Assembly (NCBI GenBank): GCA_001822065.1
Contig: MHPJ01000001.1
Coordinates: 6,870 to 70,869, forward strand
Direction of reading: 5' to 3'
Length of the DNA: 64,000 nt
Origin: Candidatus Staskawiczbacteria bacterium RIFOXYB1_FULL_37_44
GTDB lineage: Bacteria; Patescibacteriota; Minisyncoccia; Minisyncoccales; Staskawiczbacteraceae
This document shows, piece by piece, positions 44,127 through 54,975 of this stretch (position 1 is the first letter of the stretch; each line of letters begins with the position of its first letter). The notes beneath the pieces are model-generated. The model had not been told where the DNA came from. It made no database searches and saw only the letters and a program-made list of their open reading frames with translations. Made by a program: the position numbers and the translations under genes.

Positions 44127-45491
44127 ATGAAAATACTTTTTTACACCCATACTCCAAGAGCTTTTAGAACAACTTTAATTGGATATCTTTATGAACTTTG
44201 CCAGATTCACGAAGTTGTTTTGCTTGCTGAAAAATTAGACCAGGAAACAGAAACAGCATTAAAGAGAAAAGACTTGTTTCCGCGATTGTCAAAAATTATT
44301 ACAGTTGAACAATTTACCGGGCGGAAAAGGGGATTGCTTGCCAAAAATAAATATTTTTTTACTTTGGCGAAAGAAGTGGTTTTAAGCCACATGCCAGATG
44401 TCGTCATTTTGGCCAGTGATTTTCATCCGTTTGAATTATATTTGGCAAGGTTTGCCAAAAAAAATGGGGCGCTGGTCATAACGACTCAAGCTTTTTTTTC
44501 AATGGTCGATTGGTCAGAAACCTCAAGAATTGCCGATTTATCTAATGCTCATTTAAAATTATCTGCCATGATGCCTTTAAAGATCCGTCTTTTTTTAATA
44601 AAGTGTCGTGAATATTTTGGCCATTTTTTATATTATTGGTTTTTACCGGCGTCAAATCTCCAAAAACCTTTTTTGGGGGAAAGCAGTCTTAATTTGCATC
44701 GCGGGTGGGTGGGAATGAGGGATTCGGACTGCCAGACTGTTTTTTCTAAAATAGATTACGATATTTATTCCCGTATTTATTTGAAATGCGGGGTTCCGGT
44801 TGAAAAAATGTTCATATTGCCCCATCCATTACAACTGGAAGCCAGGGAATTTTTTGAAAAAATATATTTTTCCAAATTTAAAAAAGAAAAAAATGGACGG
44901 AAAATAGCAAGCGTCATGCTTTCAAGTCAAAAAGCCCTCGGGTTTCACAAGGATAATCTTTTACCGATTCCTCCTCTTGAACGGGAGAAGAAATGGTCTC
45001 AGGCTATAAAATTAATGAGTCAAATTTTGGAAGGGTGGCAAATTTATATTAAACCCCACCCGAGTACGAAAAATATAGATCATCTGAAGGAAGTTTTCGA
45101 ACAGATTTCCAGCGACATTAAGGTAACCGACCCCAAAGAACCAGTCGATAAATATATTGAGATGGCCGATGTTGTTGTTGAGCTACCCCCGTCGCTCGGC
45201 ACGTCTCTTTTTACCGCTTTATTGCAATGTCCCGAAAAACCCATTATTTCTTTGGACCTTTATAATGAACTTGCAGGGGATGGGTATAAGAATTTTCCGG
45301 GAGTAGAATATATCGATGCTGAAAATAAATTTGCTACTGTTTTGAAAGAAATCAAAGAAGATAAATATCGGAAAAATAATTTTTCCAGCAATAATTCTAA
45401 ATCAGAATTATGGCCGCTGGAATTCGAAAATATCGAGAAATTGATAGATTATTTGACCAAAAAGCCAAGAAAATTAAAATCACCGGATTAA
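44127..45491 (+). CDS. GT-B protein with KPHP motif, putative CMP-ulosonate (sialyl/Kdo-type) transferase
   Basis: IYIKPHP and downstream GTSL..A..KPII pattern as in bacterial sialyltransferase/capsule enzymes. Confidence 0.5.
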   Translation: MKILFYTHTPRAFRTTLIGYLYELCQIHEVVLLAEKLDQETETALKRKDLFPRLSKIITVEQFTGRKRGLLAKNKYFFTLAKEVVLSHMPDVVILASDFHPFELYLARFAKKNGALVITTQAFFSMVDWSETSRIADLSNAHLKLSAMMPLKIRLFLIKCREYFGHFLYYWFLPASNLQKPFLGESSLNLHRGWVGMRDSDCQTVFSKIDYDIYSRIYLKCGVPVEKMFILPHPLQLEAREFFEKIYFSKFKKEKNGRKIASVMLSSQKALGFHKDNLLPIPPLEREKKWSQAIKLMSQILEGWQIYIKPHPSTKNIDHLKEVFEQISSDIKVTDPKEPVDKYIEMADVVVELPPSLGTSLFTALLQCPEKPIISLDLYNELAGDGYKNFPGVEYIDAENKFATVLKEIKEDKYRKNNFSSNNSKSELWPLEFENIEKLIDYLTKKPRKLKSPD

Positions 45492-45498
45492 AATATCT

Positions 45499-47331
45499 AT
45501 GAACCATCATACAAATAAAGAAAGAAAATTGAAAATAATCCAGCAATGGCAGACATTTGGCAGACTTCATCCGGGATTATTGGGTGACGATGTTTATGAG
45601 TCTGTCAAAAAATATGGAATAACTTCTTTGCAATCTTATGTTTATTGGGCTGAAATCGAAAAAAAAGAGAATGAAATAGATTTCTCCGTTTATGATGAAT
45701 TGGTTGAAAAGATTGCCAAGCATAAACTTAAATGGACGCCATTTATAATTCTTGGGCCGAATTATTCAGTACCCCAGTGGTTTCACATAAGTAAGGAATC
45801 AGTATATGCCAAATGTATTGAACATAACAGAGAATGCGATATTCAGAGCATCTGGAATCCTTTCATTCCAAAACATGTAGAAAGGTTTATAAAATTGTTA
45901 TCAGAAAGGTATGGTGACAGGAATATAATTGAAAGCGTATTATTGGGGATAAACGGAGTTTGGGGGGAAGCTATTTTTCCTTCTTCTGACGGCGTTTACC
46001 GGATAGGACACAAACATGGCGGATGGTGGTGCAACGATAAATATGCCAAAAGAGATTTTATCGAGTCCTGTAAAGAAAAATTTGATAACATACATTTTTT
46101 GAATGAGAGCTGGGGAACAGGATTTGAGGACTTTGAAAGTATCACCTGGCCCGTTAAGCAAATATCCTTGCCGATTGATATAGCATACAGAATAGCACAT
46201 CGGGTTTGGTCAAAATTATTAAATGTACGAGACAACTCTTTATATTGGTATCTGGAAAGGTTTTTTGAAAAAAGGCTCTTTCATGGTATGATGTCAAATG
46301 TAAAGGAAAAAAATCGGTATCTTTTTTTTGCAAAATGGTATCTTGATTCAATGACAGCTTTTGCGGATGAATGGCTGAAAATGGCTAAAAAATATTTTCC
46401 CAAAGATTCTGTGTATCTCGTAACCGGAGGCTATGGAGATACCATGAATGGCGCCGATTTTACGGCCCAAGCGAAGATATCCGCAAAAAACAATTGCGGA
46501 GTCAGGGTGACGAATATGGTTTGCGATTATTCGGAAAGCTTTGCCAATAAAAGTTTGATTTCCACGGCCGCTGAATATTATGGGGCGCCCATCCAAACGG
46601 AAGAGGCCATAGAGACTTCCCCCAGCGAAGTTAAAATGAGAATATTCGATTACGCTTCCGGGAATATTGACGGAATTTATTTTAAGACACTTTTTGGGAT
46701 TGACTATGGTGTAAAAGTTTCATGCACAAATAAGAGCGATAATGGAATTCCTATCGGTAAACCAAGCGAAGTGGCAGATAATTTATTGTCAAATCGCAAA
46801 TATTTATTCTTTGGAAAAAGAAAAACGGAAGTTGCCCTGCTACTGGCAAACGGCTCGTTTGCGATATCGCCCCGGCTTTTAAAATTAAATTACGAACTGG
46901 CCAAGACGTTAAGAAAATATATCGACTTCGATATCATAGATGAAAACCTGATAGAAGATTCCATTTTAAGCAAGTATCGTTTTTTAATTGACTTTCGCAA
47001 CCCTGTTATTAATGAAAAAATCCTTAAAAAAATAGAAGATTGGCTTAAAAAAGGAGGAATTCTGTTGCGCTCAAAAGAAGGAGAGGTTGAAGAATTTATC
47101 GAAGAAATCGCTGGAAATATTTTTAATGGAGAAGGTAAATATCCGTGGCCATCAGTTTATCCGCATTCCAAGAATCCTACTGACGTATATTTTATTAAGG
47201 CAGATGATAGTTTAATTTTATATAATGATTCAGCGCGGAGTATAGAAGAAAAGATATATATTAACAAAAATAAAGCGTCGAGTTTTTTATTAAAACCAAA
47301 AGAGATAAAAATTTTATCTCTGGAAATATAA
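45499..47331 (+). CDS. Glycoside hydrolase, GH42/GH14-like TIM barrel
   Basis: YVYWAEIE....DFS.YD, PQWF, SIWNP, LNESWGT.F.DF. Confidence 0.6.
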   Translation: MNHHTNKERKLKIIQQWQTFGRLHPGLLGDDVYESVKKYGITSLQSYVYWAEIEKKENEIDFSVYDELVEKIAKHKLKWTPFIILGPNYSVPQWFHISKESVYAKCIEHNRECDIQSIWNPFIPKHVERFIKLLSERYGDRNIIESVLLGINGVWGEAIFPSSDGVYRIGHKHGGWWCNDKYAKRDFIESCKEKFDNIHFLNESWGTGFEDFESITWPVKQISLPIDIAYRIAHRVWSKLLNVRDNSLYWYLERFFEKRLFHGMMSNVKEKNRYLFFAKWYLDSMTAFADEWLKMAKKYFPKDSVYLVTGGYGDTMNGADFTAQAKISAKNNCGVRVTNMVCDYSESFANKSLISTAAEYYGAPIQTEEAIETSPSEVKMRIFDYASGNIDGIYFKTLFGIDYGVKVSCTNKSDNGIPIGKPSEVADNLLSNRKYLFFGKRKTEVALLLANGSFAISPRLLKLNYELAKTLRKYIDFDIIDENLIEDSILSKYRFLIDFRNPVINEKILKKIEDWLKKGGILLRSKEGEVEEFIEEIAGNIFNGEGKYPWPSVYPHSKNPTDVYFIKADDSLILYNDSARSIEEKIYINKNKASSFLLKPKEIKILSLEI

Positions 47332-47336
47332 ATAAA

Positions 47337-48521
47337 ATGATCAAAAATTTTAGAAAAATTAAAGGAGTTAAAAGGTTTTTTGACAAGCATTTTGACGAGG
47401 TTTTTTATTTTTTAAAGAAGAGAAGATTCGTTAAGGCTTATAATCTTATTTGGAGTCAATTGTGGGTAAGAGATTTGGATGGAGGTAAATTTGACTGGAT
47501 ATTCAGGCGCTTTCCGCAATTAGCTCCTTATCCTAAGGAAATTGAAATAGAAATTACCACGAGGTGTTATATGAAATGCATAATGTGCGAGCACACCCAT
47601 TGGAAAGATGAAAATTATCGGAGCCAAGATATGAATTTCGAGCAATTCAAATCAATCATAAATCAATTCCCTCACTTGCGTTACATCAACGTTACGGGGG
47701 AAGGAACCGGGTTTTTGAATAAGGATTTTTTTAAAATGTTGGATTATTTGAATAAAAAGAACGTAAATACGATGTTCGTGGAGAATTTCGATTTGTTTGA
47801 CGAGGAAAAAATTAAGAAGATAATTGATTTGGATGTAGAGCGGATTGAGGTATCTCTCGACGCCGCTACCGAAGATACTTATAAAAATATTAGGATAGGA
47901 GCTAAATGGGACAGGGTGATGGAAAACTTAAAAAAAATGAGAGAAATGAAGATTAAACACAAGACTCCATTCCCGTATATTTTTTTCAGACTTATAGCGA
48001 TGAAAAATAATGTTCACGAAATACCGGCATTGGCTAGATTAATAGGAGAACTCGATATAAATTTAGGAAAAATAACCGATTTCCAGATAGTTGGCCTTTT
48101 GAGTTTTCCCGAAATCGAACACCTTAATGTTGAAAATATTTCGGAGCAAATTATAAAAGAAGCCGATTCCATAGCAAAAGAAATGAATATAAATCTGATC
48201 TGGTCTCATACGTCGAACAATTGCAGCAGTAATAATTTTTGCGCAAAGTGGCTGCAACCGTATATTATGATAGACGGTTCTGCTATTTTGGACTGCGCCT
48301 TGATGATGGAGAATAACCGTTCCCAATTGAAAAGAACCTCTTTGGGCAACTTATTTAATCAGAATTTTAGAGAAATATGGGACAGTCCGCGCTATCAACG
48401 GATACGCAAAGGCATAAATAAAATAAATGGACCCGTGCCGAAATTATGCGAAGGATGCAGAGGGTATGACACCAAACAAAGAGAAAAATTATTTGGGATC
48501 ATGAGCGATAACAAGAATTAA
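47337..48521 (+). CDS. Radical SAM/SPASM protein
   Basis: CYMKCIMC; C-terminal C...C...LGN...IW...CEGC. Confidence 0.85.
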   Translation: MIKNFRKIKGVKRFFDKHFDEVFYFLKKRRFVKAYNLIWSQLWVRDLDGGKFDWIFRRFPQLAPYPKEIEIEITTRCYMKCIMCEHTHWKDENYRSQDMNFEQFKSIINQFPHLRYINVTGEGTGFLNKDFFKMLDYLNKKNVNTMFVENFDLFDEEKIKKIIDLDVERIEVSLDAATEDTYKNIRIGAKWDRVMENLKKMREMKIKHKTPFPYIFFRLIAMKNNVHEIPALARLIGELDINLGKITDFQIVGLLSFPEIEHLNVENISEQIIKEADSIAKEMNINLIWSHTSNNCSSNNFCAKWLQPYIMIDGSAILDCALMMENNRSQLKRTSLGNLFNQNFREIWDSPRYQRIRKGINKINGPVPKLCEGCRGYDTKQREKLFGIMSDNKN

Positions 48522-48530
48522 TTCAAGATT

Positions 48531-49691
48531 ATGCGAGTATTGATTGTCCATCCAAAATTTTACATATATGGTGGCGCAGAATTGGTGATAATAAAGCTCG
48601 CCAATTACTTGGCGAGGAAAGGCATTGAGAATGCCATTTTGACGACTTCTATTTTACCCGAAATAGAGAAGGACTTATTAGATACTAAAATAATCATTCG
48701 GAAAGAGCCGGATATTCCATTTGTTTCACCTGGTTTTAAGGTGATTCTTGCCATTTGGAGAGGAATTTATGATAATTTAAATAATTTCGATCTGATAAAC
48801 ATACATAATTATCCGGCCGAACTTTCGTTTTTCCCTTTCAGAAAAAAGGCTGTTTGGCTGTGTAATGAGCCTCCAGGATTTGTCTTAAGGTCGAAATCGG
48901 AATTATCTTTGTTTTTGAAATTGGCCAAAGGAGTAATTTCAAAATTTGATAAATTTGTAGTCAGGCACTTCATAAAAAATGTGATTGTGGCGGACGAATT
49001 TAATGCTAGGAGATTTGAAGGGTTGTATGGTTTGAGGCCGGAAATAATAAATTATGGAATTGATTACAATTTTTTTTCGCAAGCCGATCCGGAAAAAGTA
49101 AAAAAAGAGTATTGTTTAAATAATAATTTTGTTATTCTCCAGGTAGGAATACTGACGCCCTTGAAAAATCAAATTGAGAGCATTAAGACCGTTGAGAAAT
49201 TAAAGTATAAAATTTCTAATGTAAAATTGATACTTGCAGGATTGGCAGATAAAGAATATAAGCTGAAACTGGAAAAATATATTCAAGAAAAAAAGTTAGA
49301 AGAATATGTGATTTTCACTGGCCAGTTGAACGGAGAGAAAATAAGGGATTTATATCATGCGTGCGATGTTTTACTGCATCCGATTAAGACTCAAGGGGGG
49401 TGGTTGTCTCCCTTTGAAGCTCTTTGCGCCAAAAAACCAATTATTGTTTCTTCTGAAATGAGCGCCTCTGATATAATAAAAAAAGAAAAAATAGGCGTTG
49501 TTACAGATGATTATGAAAAAATTGTAATGGAAATATACAAGAACAAAAATGAATATCTCAAGATGGGAGAAAGGGGAAGGGAGTTCGTCAAAAATAATTT
49601 AAGCTGGGAATCTTTTTGCCAAAAAAATTTAAATTTATTCCAAAAAATCTTTAAACCTTTAATTATTGGAAATGAAAATATTCTACGATAA
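48531..49691 (+). CDS. GT4 glycosyltransferase
   Basis: GGAE, NYGID, KNQ, PFEAL. Confidence 0.85.
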   Translation: MRVLIVHPKFYIYGGAELVIIKLANYLARKGIENAILTTSILPEIEKDLLDTKIIIRKEPDIPFVSPGFKVILAIWRGIYDNLNNFDLINIHNYPAELSFFPFRKKAVWLCNEPPGFVLRSKSELSLFLKLAKGVISKFDKFVVRHFIKNVIVADEFNARRFEGLYGLRPEIINYGIDYNFFSQADPEKVKKEYCLNNNFVILQVGILTPLKNQIESIKTVEKLKYKISNVKLILAGLADKEYKLKLEKYIQEKKLEEYVIFTGQLNGEKIRDLYHACDVLLHPIKTQGGWLSPFEALCAKKPIIVSSEMSASDIIKKEKIGVVTDDYEKIVMEIYKNKNEYLKMGERGREFVKNNLSWESFCQKNLNLFQKIFKPLIIGNENILR

Positions 49692-50754
49692 CCAGGTTTT
49701 TTCCCAGAAGTATGGAGGGGTGTCAAAATATTTTGCCGAGCTGATAAAAGCCATCGGACGTTTTGATGTAGAGATTGTTTTTTCTAAAACATTATCAGAG
49801 AACGCCTATTTGCCCGATAAGTTTAAGACGTCTGTCGGTTTTTTTTCCAACATTAAATTCAAAGGAAAGAGAAGTCTATTAAATTTTGTCAATAATCAAT
49901 TTTCCAAGGGAATATTGCGGAAAGGCGGATACGATATATTCCATCCTACGTATTACAGTCCGTATTTTTTATCGAAAAATATCAGAAAACCGATCGTCAT
50001 AACGGTCTTTGATATGATACACGAGCTTTTCCCCGCCTATTTTTCATCTTTTGATAAAACCGTTGAGTACAAAAACAAAGTTCTCAGAAGGGCCGATAAA
50101 ATCATAGCCATTTCAGAGTCAACAAAAAAAGATTTATGTCGACTGACGAACATCCGACCCGAAAAAATTTCAGTGATATATTTGGCCGGCTCTCTTTCAG
50201 AAATTTTTTCTAAAAAAATTACGGTCCCCAACAGATATTTGCTTTTCGTCGGGCAAAGGAAAGGATATAAAAATTTTACTTTTTTTATCCAGTCAATTTC
50301 ACCTTTACTCAAAGAGAAAAAAATATCAATTCTCTGTGCCGGTGGCGGTAATTTTAGCGTTGACGAAAGGAAAATAATTTCCGATCTCGGAATTCAGGAT
50401 TATGTTTTCCAACGGGAGGTTAATAGCGGAGAATTAAAATATTGCTACCAAAAGGCGACTGCTTTTGTTTTCCCGTCGCTTTATGAGGGATTTGGGATAC
50501 CTGTCCTGGAAGCTTTTTCCTGCGGTTGTCCTGTTATTTTGAGTAACTCAAGCAGTTTTCCTGAAGTGGCGGGGGATGCCGGTATATATTTTGAACCCCA
50601 AAACAAGGAATCCATCTTTGAGGCGATTTCTACGATTTTAAACGAAAATTTCGATAAGGAATATTTTATCAATAAAGGCTATGCCATTTCGAATAGTTTT
50701 ACCTGGGATAAAACGGCCAGGCAAACGCTAGAAATATATAAAAAACTAACATAG
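49672..50754 (+). CDS. GT4 glycosyltransferase (mannosyl/rhamnosyltransferase-like)
   Basis: GGVSKY, FPSLYEGFGIPVLEA. Confidence 0.9.
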   Translation: MKIFYDNQVFSQKYGGVSKYFAELIKAIGRFDVEIVFSKTLSENAYLPDKFKTSVGFFSNIKFKGKRSLLNFVNNQFSKGILRKGGYDIFHPTYYSPYFLSKNIRKPIVITVFDMIHELFPAYFSSFDKTVEYKNKVLRRADKIIAISESTKKDLCRLTNIRPEKISVIYLAGSLSEIFSKKITVPNRYLLFVGQRKGYKNFTFFIQSISPLLKEKKISILCAGGGNFSVDERKIISDLGIQDYVFQREVNSGELKYCYQKATAFVFPSLYEGFGIPVLEAFSCGCPVILSNSSSFPEVAGDAGIYFEPQNKESIFEAISTILNENFDKEYFINKGYAISNSFTWDKTARQTLEIYKKLT

Positions 50755-50764
50755 AAAGATTTAA

Positions 50765-51721
50765 ATGAAATATCTAATTACCGGATTTTCCGGTTTCGTC
50801 AGTGCCCATTTTGTTAAATATTTGTCTGGAGCAGAAAAAAATGTCAGCATCTGCGGCCTCGATATCGTCGAGCCAGCTTTCGATTTTAAAAATTATAAAA
50901 ATGTTAGCCTCAGTTTTTTGAAAGTTGACCTTTTGGATAAAAATAAAGTTAAAAAAATAATTTTAAAATTTCAGCCTAATTTTATTCTACACCTAGCTTC
51001 CCTCAGCAGTGTCGCTTTTAGCTGGCAGAATCCGATTATCAGTTTCAACAATAATAATAATATTTTTTTGAATATTCTTGAAGCCGTTAGAGAGACGGGC
51101 ATTAAATGCCGGATATTATCGGTGGGCTCTTCGGAGGAATACGGTCTCGTCCAAGACAAAGATATTCCATTGACCGAGTCGTCTCCGTTGAACCCTACAA
51201 GCCCTTATGCCGTCGCCAGGGTTTCTCAGGAGTTGCTTTCTAAAATTTATTTTTGCGGATATGGCATAGACATCATCATGACCAGATCTTTCAATCACGT
51301 CGGTCCCGGACAGAGAGAAATGTTTGCCGTGCCCTCTTTTGCCAAACAGATGGTGGAAATGAAGAAAAAAAACAGACACAATGGATCCCTGCGAGTCGGC
51401 AATACCGAGATAGTGCGGGATTTTTTAGATGTTCGCGATGTGGTGAAGGCTTATTATCTGCTTTTTCAAAGAGGCAAAGCCGGAAAAATATACAATGTTT
51501 GCGGCGGTCGAGGAATATCTCTTAAAGAATTAATAAATCTGATAGCCGATTATTTAAAAATAAAAGTTGCTTTGAAGGTGGACCGGTCATTGGTTAGGCC
51601 GAATGATAACCCTGTGGTCATAGGAGATAATAAAAAAATTAAAGAAGAGTTAGGCTGGTGGCCAACCATACCCTTAGAAGAAAGCATAGCCGATATTTGC
51701 GATTACTGGATGAAAAAGTGA
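50765..51721 (+). CDS. GDP-4-keto-6-deoxy-mannose reductase (Rmd)-like SDR
   Basis: TGFSGFV, SSEEYG, SPYA, RSFNHVGPGQ, RDFLDVRDVV. Confidence 0.7.
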   Translation: MKYLITGFSGFVSAHFVKYLSGAEKNVSICGLDIVEPAFDFKNYKNVSLSFLKVDLLDKNKVKKIILKFQPNFILHLASLSSVAFSWQNPIISFNNNNNIFLNILEAVRETGIKCRILSVGSSEEYGLVQDKDIPLTESSPLNPTSPYAVARVSQELLSKIYFCGYGIDIIMTRSFNHVGPGQREMFAVPSFAKQMVEMKKKNRHNGSLRVGNTEIVRDFLDVRDVVKAYYLLFQRGKAGKIYNVCGGRGISLKELINLIADYLKIKVALKVDRSLVRPNDNPVVIGDNKKIKEELGWWPTIPLEESIADICDYWMKK

Positions 51722-51749
51722 GTGATTAAAAATTGATAAAACTGGAATT

Positions 51750-52598
51750 ATGTTAACTATCTTTGCTATTCCAAAATCATTTGAAGGCGATATTGCCATA
51801 TCTCAGGAGAACGCCATTAAAAGTTGGCTTTTGCTTTTGCCAAAACCGCAAATTATTTTGTTTGGAGATGAAATAGGAATAAAAGAAATATCAGACAAGT
51901 TTGGCATCCAACACGTAAAAGACGTCAGAAAAAATGAATTTGGCACTCCTTTGTTGAACTGGGTTTTTGACAAGGCAAAAGATTTGGCAGAAAATAATAT
52001 TTTGGCGTATGTTAATTCAGACATTATTTTGACTCAGGATTTTATAGATGCCGTAAGTCGCATTAAGGAGAGTAAATTTGTCTCCTTTTTAGCGTCTGGG
52101 CAAAGGGAAGATTTGGATTTAAACAAACTTGTTGATTTTTCTAAAGAAGGTTGTATTGATAATCTTAAAAAAAAGGGAATAAAACATGGCATGTCGGGTA
52201 TGGATTATTTTATTTTTCCTAGAAATTTTTCTGTAAATTTACCCGATTTTGCTGTTGGTATTTCTGGCTGGGATAGCTGGCTTGTATATCAAACAAAGCG
52301 CTTGAAAATTCCCTTTATAGATGCCACTTTGTTGATCACGGCAATTCATCAAAATCACTTGCCACGCCACCAAAAAAAACTCTCATACGAACAAGAGAAA
52401 AAAGAAAATTTCAAGTTAGCGGGAGGGCAAATCAATATGATGAGTTTGCGGGAGGCAGATTGGATTTTAACTAAGGATGGGATAAAAAGGCCGGGTTTTC
52501 CCAGGATTATTTTTTGTAAACTATCTTTATTTTATCCATGGAGAATGATTTTTTTATTTAAAAGGAAAATTGATAGTTTTATGGGCAGATCAACATGA
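51750..52598 (+). CDS. GT-A fold hypothetical glycosyltransferase
   Basis: YVNSDI DxD, GWDSW, HQNH. Confidence 0.55.
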   Translation: MLTIFAIPKSFEGDIAISQENAIKSWLLLLPKPQIILFGDEIGIKEISDKFGIQHVKDVRKNEFGTPLLNWVFDKAKDLAENNILAYVNSDIILTQDFIDAVSRIKESKFVSFLASGQREDLDLNKLVDFSKEGCIDNLKKKGIKHGMSGMDYFIFPRNFSVNLPDFAVGISGWDSWLVYQTKRLKIPFIDATLLITAIHQNHLPRHQKKLSYEQEKKENFKLAGGQINMMSLREADWILTKDGIKRPGFPRIIFCKLSLFYPWRMIFLFKRKIDSFMGRST

Positions 52599-53878
52599 AA
52601 ATTTCTCTGAAAAATCTATCAATAACGCTTTTATTGGGAGCCATAATGCTTTTTCCTAGTTTTGTTGTTGGAAGAATTTCTAGCGGTAATACAATAGAGC
52701 TTAGAATCGAAGATTTTTTGCTTTTGTTTTTCGGTATTGTGGCGCTTGCTTACTTTTTAGTAAACGGAAAATCTAAATTTAGGAAACCTCCATTTTTTAT
52801 GCCGATTTTATTTTGGTTGGCAATTGAGTTTTTCAGCGTGCTTATAAATTTAATTTTGGGGAATTTATTTGTTATCGATCGGGCAATTTTTTATTTTTTG
52901 AAGGAGATAGAGCTCATATTTTTGTATTTTTTTGTTTATTGGAGTTTAGAAGATATAAAATCTATAAAAAATGTAATCAAATTTACTTTATTTTTTACAG
53001 CCCTAAATGTAGCGTATGTTTTCTACCAAATAGTTGTTCATAATCAGGTTGGCGAATACGGTACCGCTGCTTTACCTGAATATGGAGTATTTCCTACAGG
53101 AGCTTTTTTTGTTCTACTTTTTATATTTTTACTATCTTATTTTATCTTTTATTATAATAATTTGGACAGGAAATTATGGAAAAAGATACTCATGGGAGGG
53201 ATTGCTATATCGCCAGCTGTAGGGGTTTTTGGATCTGGATCTAAGACAAATTTCATAGCTTTACTTTTTTCTTTTGTAGCAATTTTTTTGCTTGCTTTTT
53301 TTAAAAAAAATACGAAAACTGCAAAAATGTTTATAATAGGTTTTATTGTCTTAATTTTTTTGCTTGCTTTTTTTGCTTATTCGGTTTTATATATCAAGAA
53401 TATCGTCCGGATAATGGATATCTTTGGTTTGCACAAAATTGTATCAAATTATTCGTCAGGTCGCATCGTGGTAATAAAAATTGTATGGAAAGAGTTATAT
53501 GACAAGTTTAATCAGCAGCCGCTTTCAATTTTATTCGGTTTTGGTGTCGGCTATATTACCGAAGCGCACAATCAATTTTTACGTAATTTTGGGGAAATTG
53601 GGATTCTAGGCAGTTTAGCTTTTTTAGTTATGATTTTTTTAATATTTAGGGAGGGATTTAGAATATATAATAATAGTAACGACCTATTTTTAACTGCAAT
53701 GGGAGTTATTATAATAGTAATGACGTCGGCGATGATGGTTTTTTCATTCACGACAGATCCTTTTTTCTCCGTAAAAACATCCGAAGTTTACTGGTTTTTT
53801 ATGGCCATATGCGCCGCGGTTACATCAATGGAATCAAAGAGGGGTATAAAAGAAAATAAATCAGTAAACATTTATTAG
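52595..53878 (+). CDS. wzy: O-antigen polymerase/ligase family membrane protein
   Basis: About 11 TM; R...W, FGFG, AHNQF..GILG. Confidence 0.7.
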   Translation: MKISLKNLSITLLLGAIMLFPSFVVGRISSGNTIELRIEDFLLLFFGIVALAYFLVNGKSKFRKPPFFMPILFWLAIEFFSVLINLILGNLFVIDRAIFYFLKEIELIFLYFFVYWSLEDIKSIKNVIKFTLFFTALNVAYVFYQIVVHNQVGEYGTAALPEYGVFPTGAFFVLLFIFLLSYFIFYYNNLDRKLWKKILMGGIAISPAVGVFGSGSKTNFIALLFSFVAIFLLAFFKKNTKTAKMFIIGFIVLIFLLAFFAYSVLYIKNIVRIMDIFGLHKIVSNYSSGRIVVIKIVWKELYDKFNQQPLSILFGFGVGYITEAHNQFLRNFGEIGILGSLAFLVMIFLIFREGFRIYNNSNDLFLTAMGVIIIVMTSAMMVFSFTTDPFFSVKTSEVYWFFMAICAAVTSMESKRGIKENKSVNIY

Positions 53879-53915
53879 TTTTCATAAAAATGTTAAAATA
53901 ATTGAACTTAAATTT

Positions 53916-54965
53916 ATGAATTGGAAAAGTGCTATAAAACATTTGGTTTTTATTAGAAATAAGCCGTTGGTCATTTTTGGGATGGCAAAGGGATTTTTTA
54001 AAGCTATTGTCTTAAGACAAAACGTTTTGAGAACGGTAGACTTAGCTGTTACCTATAACTGCCATTATAAATGCGAGTATTGTTCGGCTTTCCTTCTTAA
54101 AAAAGAGGGTAAAGAGGTTTTAACAGTAGAACAGATTAAAAATATTTGGGAGCAGGCCAGATCGCTCGGCGCAATGCATATTAATCTTACTGGAGGAGAA
54201 CCGTTGATGAGAGACATAGATGAGCTTTGCCGCATTATTAAAAATTTTTCTCCTGAAAAGACATTAGTGTCTATGGTTACGAATAGCGTTCTTGTGACTA
54301 AAGAAAAACTAAAAAAGTTGAAAGAAGCGGGATTGGATACGTTGCAACTAAGTATTGAAAGTTTGGATCCGAAAATAAATGACAGGATTAGAGGGATAAA
54401 AGGCGTTACTCAAAAAACGACAGAGGCGCTTAGGTTTGCTAAAGAGCTGGGGCTTAATGTATGTCTTAGTGCAGTTGCTTGCCATGATAATCAAACAGAA
54501 TTAAAAAAACTGTTGGATTTTGCAAAAAAAGAAGATGTTTTCCTTTTGTTAAATACGGCCTCTTCCGTAGGAAAATGGCAGGAAAAAAGTGAAATGAAAA
54601 TGGTTGAAAAAGATATCGTTTTGTTTGAAGATTTTATGAAAGACGCATATGTCAGGAGTGACACTTCTTTCAATTTTTCAGGTAAAAGCGGGTGTCCGGG
54701 TGGAAAGGAGAGGATTCACATTACAGCTTATGGGGATGTTATCACATGCCCCTTGGTTCAAGTGAGCTACGGTAATGTTTTGAAAGAGTCATTACAAACG
54801 ATTTACAAACGCATGAACCGTATGCCCTTTATTAAAAAATATAGCAGATTATGTAAGCACAGTTTTGATGATGAATATTATCAGCAGATATGCAGGCCAG
54901 CTGAACAAATAAAAAATCCCCCTATGAGCGTTTTTTCCCATCCAAACATAGAAAATATTGATTAA
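53916..54965 (+). CDS. Radical SAM/SPASM-twitch protein
   Basis: CHYKCEYC, TGGEP, CPGG...GDVITC. Confidence 0.85.
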   Translation: MNWKSAIKHLVFIRNKPLVIFGMAKGFFKAIVLRQNVLRTVDLAVTYNCHYKCEYCSAFLLKKEGKEVLTVEQIKNIWEQARSLGAMHINLTGGEPLMRDIDELCRIIKNFSPEKTLVSMVTNSVLVTKEKLKKLKEAGLDTLQLSIESLDPKINDRIRGIKGVTQKTTEALRFAKELGLNVCLSAVACHDNQTELKKLLDFAKKEDVFLLLNTASSVGKWQEKSEMKMVEKDIVLFEDFMKDAYVRSDTSFNFSGKSGCPGGKERIHITAYGDVITCPLVQVSYGNVLKESLQTIYKRMNRMPFIKKYSRLCKHSFDDEYYQQICRPAEQIKNPPMSVFSHPNIENID

Positions 54966-54975
54966 GAGATTATTT

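Noticed and set aside
53281..53374. 22-bp direct repeat and T7A8 run in wzy as a phase-variation site
   Set aside because: T-rich TM-coding sequence in an AT-rich gene; frame is intact and such runs are common here.
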